Assembly (NCBI GenBank): GCA_039096225.1
Contig: JBBPEB010000006.1
Location: 1,240,001 to 1,304,000 of the forward strand
Reading direction: 5' to 3'
Length of the DNA: 64,000 bases
Source of the DNA: Blastocystis sp. Blastoise
Taxonomy: Eukaryota > Protista > Bigyra: Opalinata
Numbering within the stretch: position 1 is the first letter of the stretch; each line of letters begins with the position of its first letter. Made by a program: the position numbers and the translations under genes. Of this stretch, positions 1 to 15,292 are shown one piece after another. The notes beneath the pieces were generated by a model, which did not search any database, was not told the DNA's origin, and worked only from the letters and a program-made list of their open reading frames with translations.

Positions 1-1013
1 TTATATATATATAATTCTGCACAATAACTACATTCAGTGCTAATATAATTATTTATATTTGTGATATAGGGTTTCATAAACTATATATTTATAAATATAA
101 ATAATAATTATAATTATAATAAATATAATAATAATAATAAATATAATAATAAATATAAATATAATAATAAATATAAATATAATAAAATAAATATAATAAA
201 TATAAATATAATAATAATAAATATAATAAACATAACAATATATACCTTTTTTATTAGGTTCAAAATTAAATCCAAAATCTCTACTGGCAACTCTCATTCT
301 CCCGCCAGCTCGAGGAGGGGGAAGTGGGGGTAATGCTGATGATGATATATTCAATTTATTATTATTATTATTATTAATATTATTATTATTATTATTATCC
401 TTAAGTAATAATATTATTATGATGAGAAATAGCTATTCTATCTTTATTAGTAGGAGTTAATAATATATTATTAGCACTCTTATTATTATGTATATCATAA
501 GTATAATCAATACAAGTATTAAGATCTGAAGATTGAAACGTTGAATTAATTTGATTGGCTATTGTTGAAGATAGATGTGCGGATAATGGTCTATTCACAT
601 TCTGAGGAATAGTATTTTTATCATTAGTATTATTACTAGTATTATTATTATTATCATTTTCAAATAATCACCATTACTAATACTATTGATTCTCTTTAGA
701 GGAATAGGAGAAGTACTATTCGACAAAGGTGATATTTCTATATCATTATCTGCTTCTTTATATATAGTATCCATATTTAAGAGACAGACTTCAGAGAATG
801 AAGATGAATTTCCTTGTGTAGTAGTAGTATATATTTCATTTCGATCACCATCAAATACTATTTCATTACTATTATTCACTTCATAAGGAGAAATAGATGT
901 AGATGAAGGTATAGGAGTAATAGAAGCTTTTGGAAAATATATTTCTGAATCATATTCTAAAGGATCTAAAGAATTTCTATTCGAACCAGAAAGACTATGA
1001 GAGAAAGAATGTA

Positions 1014-1057
<44 letters not shown>

Positions 1058-1709
1058 GTAGTAGTATCAATATATAATTTATTACTATTGATTAATATAT
1101 TATATGATATAGGAGGAGGGGTAGCCGAATTCGATATAGAACTATCTAAAATAAGTGACGAAACACAATCATTATTTTCATGATAACTACTATTTGAGTT
1201 TTGTTTCATCAGGTGGTGTTGACTATTATATTGTAAATTTGAGAGAGAACGAGGAATAGAAGAAGGTGGAGTTGTTGATAAAGATGGAGGTATATATGTA
1301 GATGTACCTATATGAGTAGAAGGAGTAGATACATGTATTGATGAAGATAAGAATGGCCTAATAATTTATTAGCTGTTATATTATTATTATTATTTATAGA
1401 AGATATAAAAGGCATATTATTATTATTATTATTATGATTATGATTATTAGTATTAATACTATTCATATTAATACCATTAATATTAATTTTCTTTTCTAAG
1501 AATAATTTATGTATTACTTCTGGTTTATAGAAAGGAGTTAATATATAGAAAGCATCAAGTAACGTAGAGGTAAATAATTGCTGTATAATATAAGGATTTG
1601 AAAAAGATGGAGTTAATAAAGAAAAATAAATTTCTATTATCATTTGTATAGATGCAGAATCTATATAATAATAATAATAATTAGATATTATAAATATTAA
1701 AAAAGAATG

Positions 1710-1774
<65 letters not shown>

Positions 1775-2016
1775 ATGACATATATTGGCTAATATATATA
1801 TATCTCTTTTCCACCTCTGTAGCATCTTAATATATATTTCATCCGATATATGGTCATCCACCAAATTATCTAAATCCTTACCTATATATATATATTATAT
1901 AAATATATATATATATATATATTATATAATAAATATATATACTTCTTTTAATATCTAAAGATAATGTGTTAAATAACCAGCTAATTTATCTTGATCATCT
2001 CTCTCTCTCTATATAT

Positions 2017-2088
<72 letters not shown>

Positions 2089-2621
2089 TATAGACATACC
2101 ATTTAATTTGAAAGAATATTAACCAACAATCGGATTTGTAAATGGGAAAGAAAAATTCATATTCTATATATAATATAATAAGATTAGCATAAAATAATAT
2201 AATATTAAAATAAATAAAAATTAAATAAATATTTAATATAGGAAAATAAAAAAAAAGAAAAATGTTAATGCAAACGAAAAAAAATATATATGATATTTAT
2301 ATACTTTTGATAACATATTTGGTTGTTGTTTGACAGTGTTTTGAGTTAGTAGAACCGAAAAGAACCTAAAAAAAAAATAAAAAGAAATGGAAAAATATAC
2401 CTTACCAAATAGATAAATAGCAACAATTCTTTTTGACAAACACTTCTAATAGTGACTGAAGAGACTGTTTGAACGCATACGGGAAGCCAGAATGAAGAAC
2501 CTAAAAGAATCAGATAAAAAAATAGGAAATATTCAATAAATAAATTATGATATAATATATACCTGTATAGAAAACACCTAAGATATGCATAGCAGTCACT
2601 AGATCTGCTTGTATACAACAA
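1..2621 (-). pseudogene. Multi-exon gene with long Ser/Pro/Asn-rich exon, broken by several frameshifts (pseudogene or consensus errors); 3' end probably runs off the window
   Basis: GT-AG exons give ...YEFFFPIYKSDCWLIFFQIK..., KDLDNLVDDHISDEIYIKMLQRWKRD..., DSASIQMIIEIYFSLL.... ORFs 1308-1643, 595-1209, 401-598 and 49-354 join into one low-complexity reading only with frame changes near 1365, 660 and 415. There is also an in-frame TAG or shift near 1955-1985. Confidence 0.55.
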
Positions 2622-4201
2622 ATTAAAAATAAAGATAAATTCATATTTAAAGTCAATTTTTTAGTCAAATACTAAAAATTTTCATAAAAATCCTTTTTTT
2701 ATTTTTTTTTAAATTTTTATGACTCAATACTAAAATAACAAGTTTTAACAATTATATATTACACTATTGACACAACATTATTGTATCCCACTACTTTCAG
2801 GTTTTAAAAAAATACTCATTTTTGTTGACTCTCTGATCTGTTTATATTCTGTTCTAAAAACTATTGATTATAACTTGAAACGTTTTTATAATACATAATT
2901 AACTCTCAAAACAACTCTTTAAAAGACTTTTCTTTGATTCTGAGGAAAAGTAGTTTTTTTATAAGTTTTGACATACTCTTTGTATGCGGAACTTTAAGTC
3001 ATGATAGAATAAAATGAAAAAAGTCTTTTAAAACTCTTATGTCGTCTGATATATAATAAAATATAAATAGACTCACTTTTAAACAATAAAAATATTCCCG
3101 TAAATATTTTAAAAATTCAAAACTCTGGTCTGATTGCCCATGGAACAAATAGGCTCGGTTCAATTTTTCAGTGTAAAAAAAATATAATTTTTTGACTTTT
3201 TGACTGAATTTTGGTTTTGTCCCATAGAGGTCAGCTGATTGACTTTTAATTACATTTATGACTCCAAGAGGGTCTAAACTTTAAACAGAGCAACAAAAGG
3301 TTTTAAAATATTGACCCCAATATTTGTCGGAATTGCGACTTTAAAATAAATAAAAACGTTTTTGATATTGTGTGACCCACTGATATAAAAAAATAATGTT
3401 AATTCTTTAATAAAATTTGTCTAACAGGGTCTTTGTGTCTAAATCAACAGTCGACTTATAAATTTTGTGAAAATTTTCATTTTTTTGCCTAAGTCTTTTT
3501 TTTATTCAAATTTTATTGGCTGAATAAGTTCTGAACGAAAATTAGCCAATCAAGAAGCTTTAAAAATTAAAAAGTGCCTCATAGTGTTTAAAAAGCGTTT
3601 TTTATATAAAAAACTCAATTTTTCAGAGAATCATATCAAATTCAATAATAAAAAGACTTTGTGATTTTCAATACCATGAGTCAAAATTTAAACTATCATA
3701 AAAACGATTATACATAGTTAGTCTTATACTAATTGAAGAGAATCATGATTATAAAGACATACTATTCCTATCAAAACGTTATCAATAATATGTGAATGCT
3801 ATTTCTAATAACTTGGTTATCTTAAAACAAACTTATTCAATAAGATTAACGTATTAAATAAGAAAAAGAAAATCAAACTTGAAAAAGAAAAAAAATTGGA
3901 AAAAAATAGTGTTTTGTAGAAATAATTCCAGTTTCTCTAAAAAAAAATCGTTTTCACCCCGTTCCAAAAAAAAATTGTTGAAAATGGTGAAAATATTTTT
4001 GGCTAATATATTTTGATTGGTCCTAATTAAAAAATAAGAATTATAGAAATAAAGGTATTTTTTCTTTTGATTTGGGTGGCATAAAAACAAAATTGATATT
4101 CTAAACTTCATCTTTTCTATCCATGGAGTAATTTTTTTCTTACTTTTCATATTTTTATTTATAGCTAGTTAGCCCCTAGGGTAGTATTCCAAACTTATAA
4201 A

Positions 4202-5076
4202 ATGGACGATCAAAATTCTCATAATGATGTATATTTTAATTAACAAGAATTAATAAAAAATGTTTAGGTGAACTATAATAATCTAACTGTACACTCACCA
4301 AGTATGACTTGACTTGTTTATATTTTACATATAAAATTTTGTCTTTGTAGTTGATGATATGGTAGAAAATCATCATATGAACTCGGTAAATCACGTATAT
4401 AATAAAATTTAAACGAATGACCTATGTTATAGATTCCTGTTGTACAAAGTCATAATTTAATGGCTCTTCCTCATGCTCAGCAAGTTATTTTACCTAGTTT
4501 GGTATGTTTTAAATCATTCGTTTTGATAATTGATTCATTTATTTTATTTATAATGGAGATATTATACTTTATATATATAGAGTAGTGGTTTAGAACCTGT
4601 TTCTATGCAAAATAATAATCAATTAAATGATTATACTACTTCATTACATCCAGAAAGTGTTCAAAATTTATTATTAGGGTATAGTGGTGCTGATATGAAT
4701 GAAGAAAATAATAGAGTTACTGTTAATGAACAAACTTTAGATATGGATACAACACAACTTATTCAACAGATACAAGATGAAGGAAGAAGAAAAGCTCAAA
4801 ATACTCTTGTTGGAAGATTAGCTGATTTTATGAGCATATATATGTATTATTTATTTGCTCTGTTTTTAATTAATGTTATTTATAGTTTTTATTTGTTTTT
4901 AAATATTTATTATTTGTTTTAAATAATTATTATTTTATTTTTAAATAGTTATTATTTGTTTTAAAATATTTATTATTATATAATATAGGGCAGATGGATC
5001 GTCCAGTAACTTTAGAAGAGTGTATTAATGCCATTGGTGATAATTTTACAGAATTAAGAAAAGCGGATGGTACAAA

Positions 5077-5120
<44 letters not shown>

Positions 5121-5238
5121 ATATAATATGTATAATAATAATATAATATATATATATATATATATATATAGATATAAAGGTGATCATTTTAAAGCAATTA
5201 ATGGTGCTTTATTTTCTACAGGAGTATTTAAACGAACA

Positions 5239-5281
<43 letters not shown>

Positions 5282-6216
5282 TAAACTAATTATTATTCTA
5301 TATTTATGATTATATATATATATATATATATGATAATCGTTGGGTATTGCGATCAGGGGAGATTGATGCATATGAAGAAAGAATGCAAAAGAAATTCGAA
5401 GAACGATGTAGAAAACGAAAAAGTGCTCCAGAAGAACCAAGTATATATAATATTATATATATATTATTATAAAAATATTATTGTAAATATTAGGATAGTA
5501 TTTAAGAAACATAAAAACACTATATATATATATATATTATTATAAAAATATTATTGTAAATATTAAGATAATATTTAAGAAACATATATATATATATATA
5601 TATATATATAGTTCCTATGCATATGTCTCAACCTAAGAAGCGTAAATATACATGTCGACGTAATAAGAGAGAGAGCATTATACATATGTTACAGAATATC
5701 ACAGATAATTACAGACAACAACCACAAAATAATCAATCATATCTTAAAAACCCTTTTAAAGTATAATTATATTATTATATTATATTATATATATATTATA
5801 CAATCAAATAAAAAATATTCTAAATTATAAATATAATATAATAAATATAAATAATATAATAAATATAAATAATATAATAAATATAAATAATATAAATAAT
5901 ATATATATATATATATATATAGGGTTTAACAGGTGATGAAGATATTCCTCGTTTACGAAAGAGATTAGGAGAAGAAAAATATGAGTTTTTATTACAAATA
6001 TATAGTTTTTTTGAGGATAAATTATTATTTCCTGCGAATGCGAATATTACATCATTAAGTATGATGGACGGAGGTAGTGATTATATGCGTAATATAAAGA
6101 ATGAAGGATTATATATGCAACGTGATATAGAAGAAATGAAGAAGCAAATCGTTGAATTAAAAGAACGTGTAGCTTGTTTAGAAAAATATAGTGTTATTCA
6201 AAGTGGACTTATATAA
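4202..6216 (+). CDS. Spliced hypothetical protein with putative winged-helix-like domain and C-terminal coiled coil
   Basis: ATG at 4202. Exons join to ...LVGRLADFMRQMDRPVTLEECINAIGDNFTELRKADGTKYKGDHFKAINGALFSTGVFKRTDDNRWVLR...DIEEMKKQIVELKERVACLEKY; stop TAA at 6214-6216. The model needs one GC donor (~4834) and one non-AG acceptor (~5331). The wHTH call is from pattern only. Confidence 0.7.
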
Positions 6217-6217
6217 G

Positions 6218-6420
6218 ATATTTATATATATATATATTATATAGTATTCTTTTTTCTTTTTTATAATATATTATATATATATATTATATAGTATTCTATT
6301 TACTTTTTTATAATATATTATATATATATATTATAGTATTCTATTTACATTTTTATAATATATTATATATATATATATTATAGTATTCTATTTATTTTTT
6401 TATAATATATTATACATATA
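6218..6420. repeat. ~40-bp minisatellite (ATATTATATATATATATTATAGTATTCTATTTA..TTTTTATA) x ~5 immediately after the stop codon
   Basis: The unit containing TATAGTATTCT recurs at ~6240, 6287, 6332 and 6379, with a degenerate fifth copy. Confidence 0.8.
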
Positions 6421-7166
6421 TAAATTCTATTTCTTTTTCTTTTCATTCTTTTTTTTTTGAAATTTTATTATTATGTAGTTTTATTTCTTATCCTAGGAAA
6501 TATATACTTTTATTCACTATCTTTTTCAATGTATAAAAAAGAACATATATTTTCTTTTTTTTTTAGTCAGTAAACGCTATTTACTTATTTACTTTTCCTC
6601 TTTTTTTATATTTTTGTACATACATATATATGCATATCATTTTATTATTGTAGTTTGAGTTCTTTTTTCAATTGAGTTCACATTATTTATTAATATATAA
6701 ATAATAATAAACATTTATACTTGTTGAAATGAATTTTTGTTTGTTTTTTTGTTTGTTTAGTTATAAATAATTAATTATGTTTTTTTTTATATAGTATTCA
6801 AAAAGAAATTAATAATAATAAAAAGAAAACAAATAATTTTATAGCCATCAAACAATTATTATAGTATACATTTAAATTAAGACATACCATGTTATGTAAT
6901 ATATATACATATATATATATATCTATATATATAATAGCAATTAAAAAAAGAAGTAGAAAAATAAGAAGAGGTAATTATGTAAATATAAACATATTATATA
7001 TATATATATATAAACAAACATAAGCGATAACAAATATTAACAATAATATACAAAATAAGTGTATATAGATATACAAGAAAGCAGATTCAAATATATATAT
7101 TATTTTATAAATATTAAAAAAAAATAAAAAAAAATAAGAAATACAGGAATAATATTTATTACGAAT

Positions 7167-8899
7167 TTATTGAGTATTTGTTTGTGTATATATGGGTAGA
7201 GGAGAAGTAGAAGGTTGAGGTATATATATATTAAGTGGTGTACTAGGTCTAGAAGTAGATATATATATAGGTCCATTACCATTAGGTACTTGTAGTTTTG
7301 GTTGTTGTAGTTGCATATTTGAAGTAAGAATAAGAGGTGTTGAAGGACGTGAATTATTCGTAGGGGTAGTTGATAAATATATAGGACTTCCTGTAGGCAT
7401 AGCATTAGTAGGATAAGGGAATAAATGTTGAGTAGGTTGAAGAGTAGGAGAAGCTACAAAAACAGGTGTTGTAGAAGGAGAGATATAGGAAGGAACTATA
7501 GAATAACCAGGATAAGGCTGATATATATAATATCCAGCTGGAGGCTGAGTAGCTATAGATGCTTCTATAGGGAATGAATATGAGTTATATATAGATATAT
7601 ATATTATTTTAATTAATATATTATTTATGTGTAAAAATAATAATAAATATTAAAAGAAAATATTAATAAATATATATTTTATATTAAAAAAAAAATTAAA
7701 AAAAAGAAGCATACCTGGACTACTTGGAATTGTATTTGCGTTTAAATTGGAGGGACTTCCTGGAATAGTGAGGGATGGCGGAATACTATTCGATGCGTTA
7801 TTCATATTACTTAACGAACTATGAACAATTTTATTTTTATGATTTAAATATTGAGTTACACGATCTTGATACACTATATAATATTTATAATAAATAATAA
7901 TAAATAATAAATAAATAATAAATAATAAATAAATAATAAATAATAAATAAAAATAATAATATAAATATATTATTTACTTCTATTAGATTGTTGTTGTTGT
8001 CTATTATCATTGTTATTCATATTATTATTCATATTATTACTATTCATATTATTATTCATATTATTGTTATTAAAATTATTACCATAATTAGAAGCATCTA
8101 TAGAATAATATAAAAATATATATATTTTTTTATGATAATAAAAATAAATTAAAAAATAAAATTACTATTATTCACAGGTGAATTGATATTATTATTAGTA
8201 TTCATATTCATATTATTATTATTATTATTAATTGTATTTATATCATTAATTCCATTCATAGTATTCATATTTATATCTTGTTTTAATACAGGTCTCGATA
8301 ATATTTTCTTTGGTATCATTACATAAGGATCTAATGAACGATATTTATCACATATTTCTGTTATATAGGGAACAGGTATACACATATTATCAGTCTTCTC
8401 AATAAATACATGATCCGTATTCTATATAATAATAATAATAAATAATAATAATATATAATAATAAACAGAGACAAAAAAAAAAAGAAGAAAAACCTAGAAA
8501 CACAAAACAAACCACTATATAACAACAATAATATATACATACAATAGTATTGTGACTCATATTGAAACGACTAGCGATTCTATGTAATAACAAACGTTTA
8601 AATGAATCATAAGAGCCAGATTCTTTAGCATATGAGTTTGTATCGTTGATTAGACCAATACACTCATGCTCCATGCTTATCATAAATGCACGATTTTTTT
8701 CTTCTTTCATAGCTTTGTCGCAAACATCATCTATAGGAACGTTGACATGAGGAAGATCAATATGAACTGTTTCAAACTGTAAGGGTAATTGTTGAACTGA
8801 CTTCATAGGTTCTTCAGGAGGATTTTCTATAGTTGTCGTAGGCTGTTCTATTTCATCGAATTCAGTATTCTTCATATCAAAATTTGGTTGATTATCCAT
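7167..8899 (-). CDS. R3H-domain RNA-binding protein (R3HDM/encore-like) with Pro/Ser/Thr-rich tail
   Basis: Exon 1 has NRAFMISMEHECIGLI...YDSFKRLLLHRIASRFNMSH (RxxxH R3H signature). It splices to NTDHVFIEKTD...PKKILSRP (SUZ-like) and ends at TAA 7167. Confidence 0.8.
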
Positions 8900-9327
8900 T
8901 ATTGGAAATCAACAAATGCAGTACGTAAATATAATTCTTATAAATCAATGAAAATATAAAAATTTTCTTAACAATTTCTTTTGCTTATTTTTTGATTGGA
9001 AGAACGAAATTTTATTGAATAATTGATTGATTAAGAACACAAATATACTAGTTCAACGAATAAAATTACTGATTCAATTCCGTAAATTTTCACTTGTTTA
9101 AAATTTCTTTACAAAGTATTCAAATCAAATGTAATATTTTGTTAGGTAGGTATTTGAAATACTTTTTTTTTTACGATTTAAATGAATCACGAATATTATG
9201 AAATATTAGTTGATCTTCATACTAGTTTCATGATTTTCAAAAAAAATAATCATATTCTTTGTTTTAACTCTTATTTTTCTTATTATTTCTATTAATATTA
9301 TTGAAATATCATCAAATATATAGAAAC
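8900..9327. promoter_or_regulatory. Short bidirectional promoter region between the R3H gene and MFAP1, with GAATCACGA motif and ATTGG (CCAAT) box
   Basis: Divergent ATGs are 428 bp apart. GAATCACGAAT at 9184 and GATTGG at ~8995. Confidence 0.5.
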
Positions 9328-11087
9328 ATGAGTTCAGATTTAATTTCACAAATGTTCAATTTTGGTAGTGACCAAATTGAAGAAAAGCGAAAAGAAACAG
9401 ATAATCAAAAGAAATCAGGATTACCTAAAAATACACAAGAAGAAAAACAAAGAGTTCAAAGATCAAGAAATGTTGGCCGTTATTGGAGTGGATCTGTATA
9501 TATATTTGTGTTAGTTAATTAACTGAATCATTTTGAATTTGAATTATGTGTCTGATATTGTTTATTTTGTTTTTTTTAATTGATTGTATTTAATTTTTGA
9601 ATATTATATATATATGCTATTTTATTAGGTTCCTCAATGGAAAAAAACTGAAGAGACAAATACTGAATCAAATAATAAGACTATATTTGATAAGAAAGAG
9701 TCAAAATTTGTTGAAAAACAAGTATTTTGTTAATGTTTTTATTATTATTATTAGTTTATTATTATTTTATAAAAATATTTTTGTTATTTTATATAATTAT
9801 ATTTTTATAATATTTTAATAATAATATATATAGGATAAACGTTTGGCTCGAGTTAAGAATGTTGATACTAAAGATAAAGAACGTAATTTGGAGGAAAGAA
9901 ATAGAAGAATAGAAGATGAGTTAGAAGAATATAATCGTATAAAATTGAATAATAAAGGAGATAATGATGAAGAAGAAATGGGATTTAGTGAAGAAGAAGA
10001 AGAAAAAGAAGAAGAAGAAAAAGAAAAAGAAAAAATGGTATATATATTACTATAGATTATGATTCTTTATATATGCATTATATATTGATGATTATTATTA
10101 TGTTTATTGTATTTTGTGTGTGTTTTATTAATTGATTATTCTCTATGTTATTATGAATTATATATTAAATAAAAGAATTATTGAATTATATATATATATA
10201 TATATATATAGAATGATATTGATTTAAGACGTCATAACGTTGAAGTGATGCAAAAATATAAAAAAACGAAGGAAGAAGAAGAAGAAGAAGAGGAAGTATA
10301 TATACTGATATATATATACAGATAATAAAAATAACATTTATTCTTTGTTTTTTAATATAGTGATTATAATAATTATAATATGAATATAATAAATAATAGT
10401 ATATATATATATATATATATAGGAATGGGGTAAAGAAGGAAAAGAAGAAGGAAATGATGATGATGAATATGAATATGATACTGAATCTGAAAGTGAAGAA
10501 GATGAAGAAGAAAAGAAAATTATTCGACCTTTATTTAAATTAAAAGTTCAACGAAATACAATAAAAACAGAAGAACAAATTAAAAAAGAACAAGAAGAAG
10601 AAGAAAAGAAGAAAAAAGAAGCAATTGAACGTCGAAAACTTGAAGTATATTTATGTTTATTATTTTTTTTATTATTTTTTTTATGTTTATTATTTTTTTT
10701 TATTATAATATTTATTATTATATTTATTATTTTTTTTATATTTATTATTATATTTATTATAATATTTATTATAATATTATTATAATATTTATAATATTAT
10801 TATAATATTTTATTATATAATATCATCATATATAGAGTCAGAAAGTGATTATTCAATATAATTTAGATCAAGATGAATCAACAAAAGAGAAAGAAGATCA
10901 AGAAATTATAAAGAATTCAAATATAGATGAAGATAAAGAAAGTGAAGATGAAATTGAATTTAGTAAATGGAGAGAAAGAGAAATAATCAGATTAAGAAGA
11001 GAAAGAAATAAAGAAATAGAAAGACAACTTGTATATTATTATTATTATTATTATTTAAATATAATAAATAATTATATCATTTAATTT

Positions 11088-11172
<85 letters not shown>

Positions 11173-11401
11173 TATATATATATATATATAGGAAGAGAAA
11201 GAGAAAGATCGTCGTCAGAAATTAACAGATAGTGAACTTTACCGTGAGAATTTATTATCGAATGAAAATATATATAATCGTAAAAAAGGTCATTTATTTA
11301 CCTTTAAACAGAAATATTATCATAAAGGTGCTTTTTATGTTGATGAAGATAGTATTAAGAATAAGGAAGATGTTAGACTAAGAGATTATCAACAACCCAC
11401 C

Positions 11402-11496
<95 letters not shown>

Positions 11497-11920
11497 ATTT
11501 ATATTATAATAATTATTTTTTTATGTTTGATATTTTTAATATTAATAATAATAATAATAATAATAAACATATAATAATATTAATAATAATAAACATATTA
11601 ATAATAATAAACATAATAATAATATATAAATAGAATCAGAGAATGTGCATGAAGATGGTTTCTTAGATATACAAAAAGTAAAAGATTTTGGTAAACGAAG
11701 TCGATCTAAATGGACAAATATATCGAATGAAGATACTACCAATGATGGAGATTGGCTTACTCAAGCACGTAATAAGTATATACTTTTATTCTCATTTATT
11801 TTTATTATTTACTATGTTTATATATTTTCTTCGTTATATTTATATATTTTATATATTATTTATTTATATCTAATATATATATATACTTTTTATAGGACAT
11901 TTAATGCAAAAAGAAGATAA
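9328..11920 (+). CDS. MFAP1: Microfibrillar-associated protein 1 / Spp381-like spliceosomal B-complex protein
   Basis: Spliced motifs GRYWSGSVPQW, RPLFKLKVQRNTI, EIEFSKWREREIIRLRRER, FKQKYYHKGAFY, DYQQPT and KVKDFGKRSRSKWTNISNEDTT match the conserved MFAP1 C-terminal blocks. Confidence 0.9.
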
Positions 11921-12455
11921 ATATTATAATTGTTTTGAAAGACTTTCTATTGATATTAATATTAAGCTAGTTCATTTATATACTATTCTATTTTGTTTAA
12001 TATATATATATTTAATTTAAAATATAATTTTATTATTTCTTGGCAAATAAAAAACAACAATCAATTTTTATGTAGGAGAGTATTTATTTATATACAACAA
12101 AATATTTGACAAATATATTTTTCTTTTAATTAATAATATTATAAAAATGAATATATTATTCGCCATGAAAACTCTCTTGCAGTTCAAAAATATCCCAAAA
12201 AGCTCTTTTAGGAATTCTTTTTGACTTTTAAGGTATTCAAAAAAACTTTCTTGGTATATATACCGTGTTCAAAGTCTTGTTTGCCGATAATTGGCGTCAT
12301 AATTTTGTAAAAGAAATTCTAGTATTTCATTTTCTTGTTAATCAGTAATTTATCAACTTTTTAAAAATGTTGTTCTAAAAACGGCATTAAAGGATATTTT
12401 CTAATATTTATAAATTGCTAACGTGATTAATAACTTGAATATCAACGAGAAACAC

Positions 12456-12893
12456 ATGATACAAGCATTAATTCGAATCATTTTGATTCTCGATTTTTTC
12501 TGCATCCTTTTGTTGTATATAAAATTAAATTTTCTATTATATTTCTAGCCTAGGTGCATTAAAGGAAATGAAAACTCCTTCATTTCTTAGTGTTTTTATT
12601 GTTTCAAATCAAAATATGGTGCCAAATAAAAATGTTATTGTTTCGAATAAAGTACATACTCTAAAAAAAGAAAAGAAAACATATCAATGTGGGAATAGGA
12701 CTCAATATTGGAAATCTTATAATTAGTATTTTTTTATTATTAAAAATTAATATTTATATAGTTATGAAAAATCAATGGAATATATGAATGAATTCAAAAA
12801 CAAGAAACCAAAGTATATTGATGTGAAAATACTTTTATTATTATTATTTTTTTATAGAAAAATAAGTAATAAAGTTATTGGTGATATGTCCAA

Positions 12894-12979
<86 letters not shown>

Positions 12980-14582
12980 GTAGAGAAGTTTATTCTTATT
13001 ATCAAATCTATATGCCTAAATATCATCAAGGTCTTCGATATGCATATATGTCGAATATATGTTTAAATACACAAAATAACGAAATTTTATATTATTATCG
13101 ACCAAATGATAAAAGTTATAGAAGAATTACAGAAATTATGAAAAAACAAAGTATATATATATTATATATATATTTATATATTAATTTTTTTTATAATAGC
13201 TGAGCATTATCGTTTTGGTTTTCAGTTTCAAGAAATAGCTGGCTTATTTCCAAGTTTTAAACATACAGTTATTCGTAAAAAGCATATAGCTTTGAGTTTT
13301 GCTGCTTGGATAAGACATATTGGGCATATTTTAGAAACTGCTTTTACTGTTCTCAACTTAGTTGATAATCCTAATTATTATCAAGGACCTGTATATATAT
13401 ATATATATATATATATATCATTTGTTTTCTATTTATTTCAACATAGTATATATATTTTAATATGTATACTATTTTAATTTCTATTAATATATGATTCTTT
13501 TTACAAAATATAATATTTATATATATAGATAGATTATTTTATATATCCTAATATAAAAGATGAATTAGCATATAATCTTGAAATGATGGAAGTTATTAAA
13601 CAATTTGCTGATTTATATGATTGTAAAGTTTTTTTTAATGATTCATTCTTTAGAGAATTCAATATTAGTTTAATAGAAGATCCTATTGTTTGTTTTGACC
13701 AAATTGTATGCTCTATATTATTATATTCTATTATAATAAATTAAAAAAAAGATTTATAATTATTTCATATATAAAATAGAAAAATAATACATATTTTTTT
13801 CTATAGGTTATTGTAGATAGAAATGAAGATGTATGTTTAGGAGGTATTCTTACAAATAGTTTTACAACTGATCTTTTAAGAGCAAATATTTATCGAAGAT
13901 TTCACTTTTTATATCAACGATATAATAAAAATAAATATGATACCTTAGTTATTAATAGATTAGGAAGAAGAAAATTCTCTAATATTGACGAAATTGAGGA
14001 TATATTACAGAATAGTTTCTCAGATGTATGTAAAAATATGTTTTTATGCTTTATTTTAATAATATTGTTGTTTTATATTATTATTTCTATATATATATTT
14101 TTATATTATTTTCATATTATTTTATATATATATATATATAGTTTTTAAATTATTCTATTGCATATTTTGATCATGAATCCTTTGAATATCAAGTAAAAGC
14201 AGTTTATAATAATGATATTATATTTATTTCTCATGGTCAAGGAGAAATGACATTATTATTTGCAAAACCTTATACTGTTTGTATTGAAGGTAATACACCT
14301 TATTTCTATGAAAGATTTGGACATATATTAAGTATATTATATCGACTTTATATAATACATCCAAATAATCAATATTCTCTCCGAATTTCTAAAAGTCATT
14401 TTAAACCCTGTTTAAATGATACTTTACTTGTTACTTATGGAGGTGATTGCAAAATATCTACTTATACTGGTAATATTCTTTTATATAAAGAATATATTAT
14501 AACAGCATTTCAAGAAGCAATTGATTATCTTAATGGAATTGACTTTGATTGCTATCTTCCTGATAAATCATTCATTTTCTAA
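12456..14582 (+). CDS. Type II membrane glycosyltransferase, GT61/DUF563-like
   Basis: N-terminal signal anchor (MIQALIRIILILDFFCILL), then HIGHILE, LVINRLGRRKFSNIDE and QVKAVYNNDIIFISHGQGEMTLLFAKPYTVCIE (compare GT61 DVLVGxHGAGLTNxxF..P...VIE). All introns are GT-AG. Confidence 0.75.
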
Positions 14583-15292
14583 TATTATTTATATCATGTT
14601 ATTCAATGTTTATAGTTAATTATATATATATATTATTTTAGATGTTTTATTATATATATATTTTTTTTTTGATATTTTATTAATACTATAGGTTATATAT
14701 ATATATGCTTATCATATGCTTAAACGATGCAATTTTATATATATATATATATTATTGATATTCAATACATTTCTTTCATTATCTTTCTATACTGTATAAT
14801 ATATTCTAAAAGAATTGTTATACACTGTTAAGCTATCTATTATTGTTTTAATAAAAATTACTATTTTAAAGAAATATTATAATTAAAAAAATATTTTTAT
14901 CGTTATTTTTGTTTTGTTTAGAAAAATATAGATCATTATCAGTGTCGTGCCATGTTACTGGATATAAATACCACATGAAAAATGTAACAAATTTTTGTTA
15001 CAAAGAATTTATTTAATATTATAGTTTTATTATTTTTTTAACCCATTCAATTTAAAATTTGACAGAAAGTGTCAGTCTGTTATCTTTATAGCTACTATCT
15101 CAAAAATGAGAGAAAACTCTGTGTTTCTATTAGAATTTTTTATTAGAATATTGTCTTAATATATTATTTTAAGAATATAAAAAGAATTAAAATTATATAA
15201 TACTTTTTTATATTATAAAAAAGTAACAAACAATATTAAAACAGCTAAAAAATAAAATATAATTATATAAATAAAAAACAACAATTCTAACT

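Noticed and set aside
2346-4150. ORF 3854-4150 and the 2.6-4.2 kb spacer as coding or ncRNA
   Set aside because: Phe/Lys-biased homopolymer-driven ORF with no splice pattern; no recognisable RNA gene. No tRNA or rRNA was seen anywhere in the window.
6730-6760. TGTTTGTT motif as in Blastocystis polyadenylation-created stop codons
   Set aside because: It is ~500 bp from the nearest upstream stop. All complete genes here have genomic stop codons, so no case is supported.
12844-13066. IYIYIY ORFs here and elsewhere, and antisense ORFs such as 16452-16751, 33713-34057 and 44782-45018
   Set aside because: They are read-through of (TA)n introns or shadows of real genes on the other strand.
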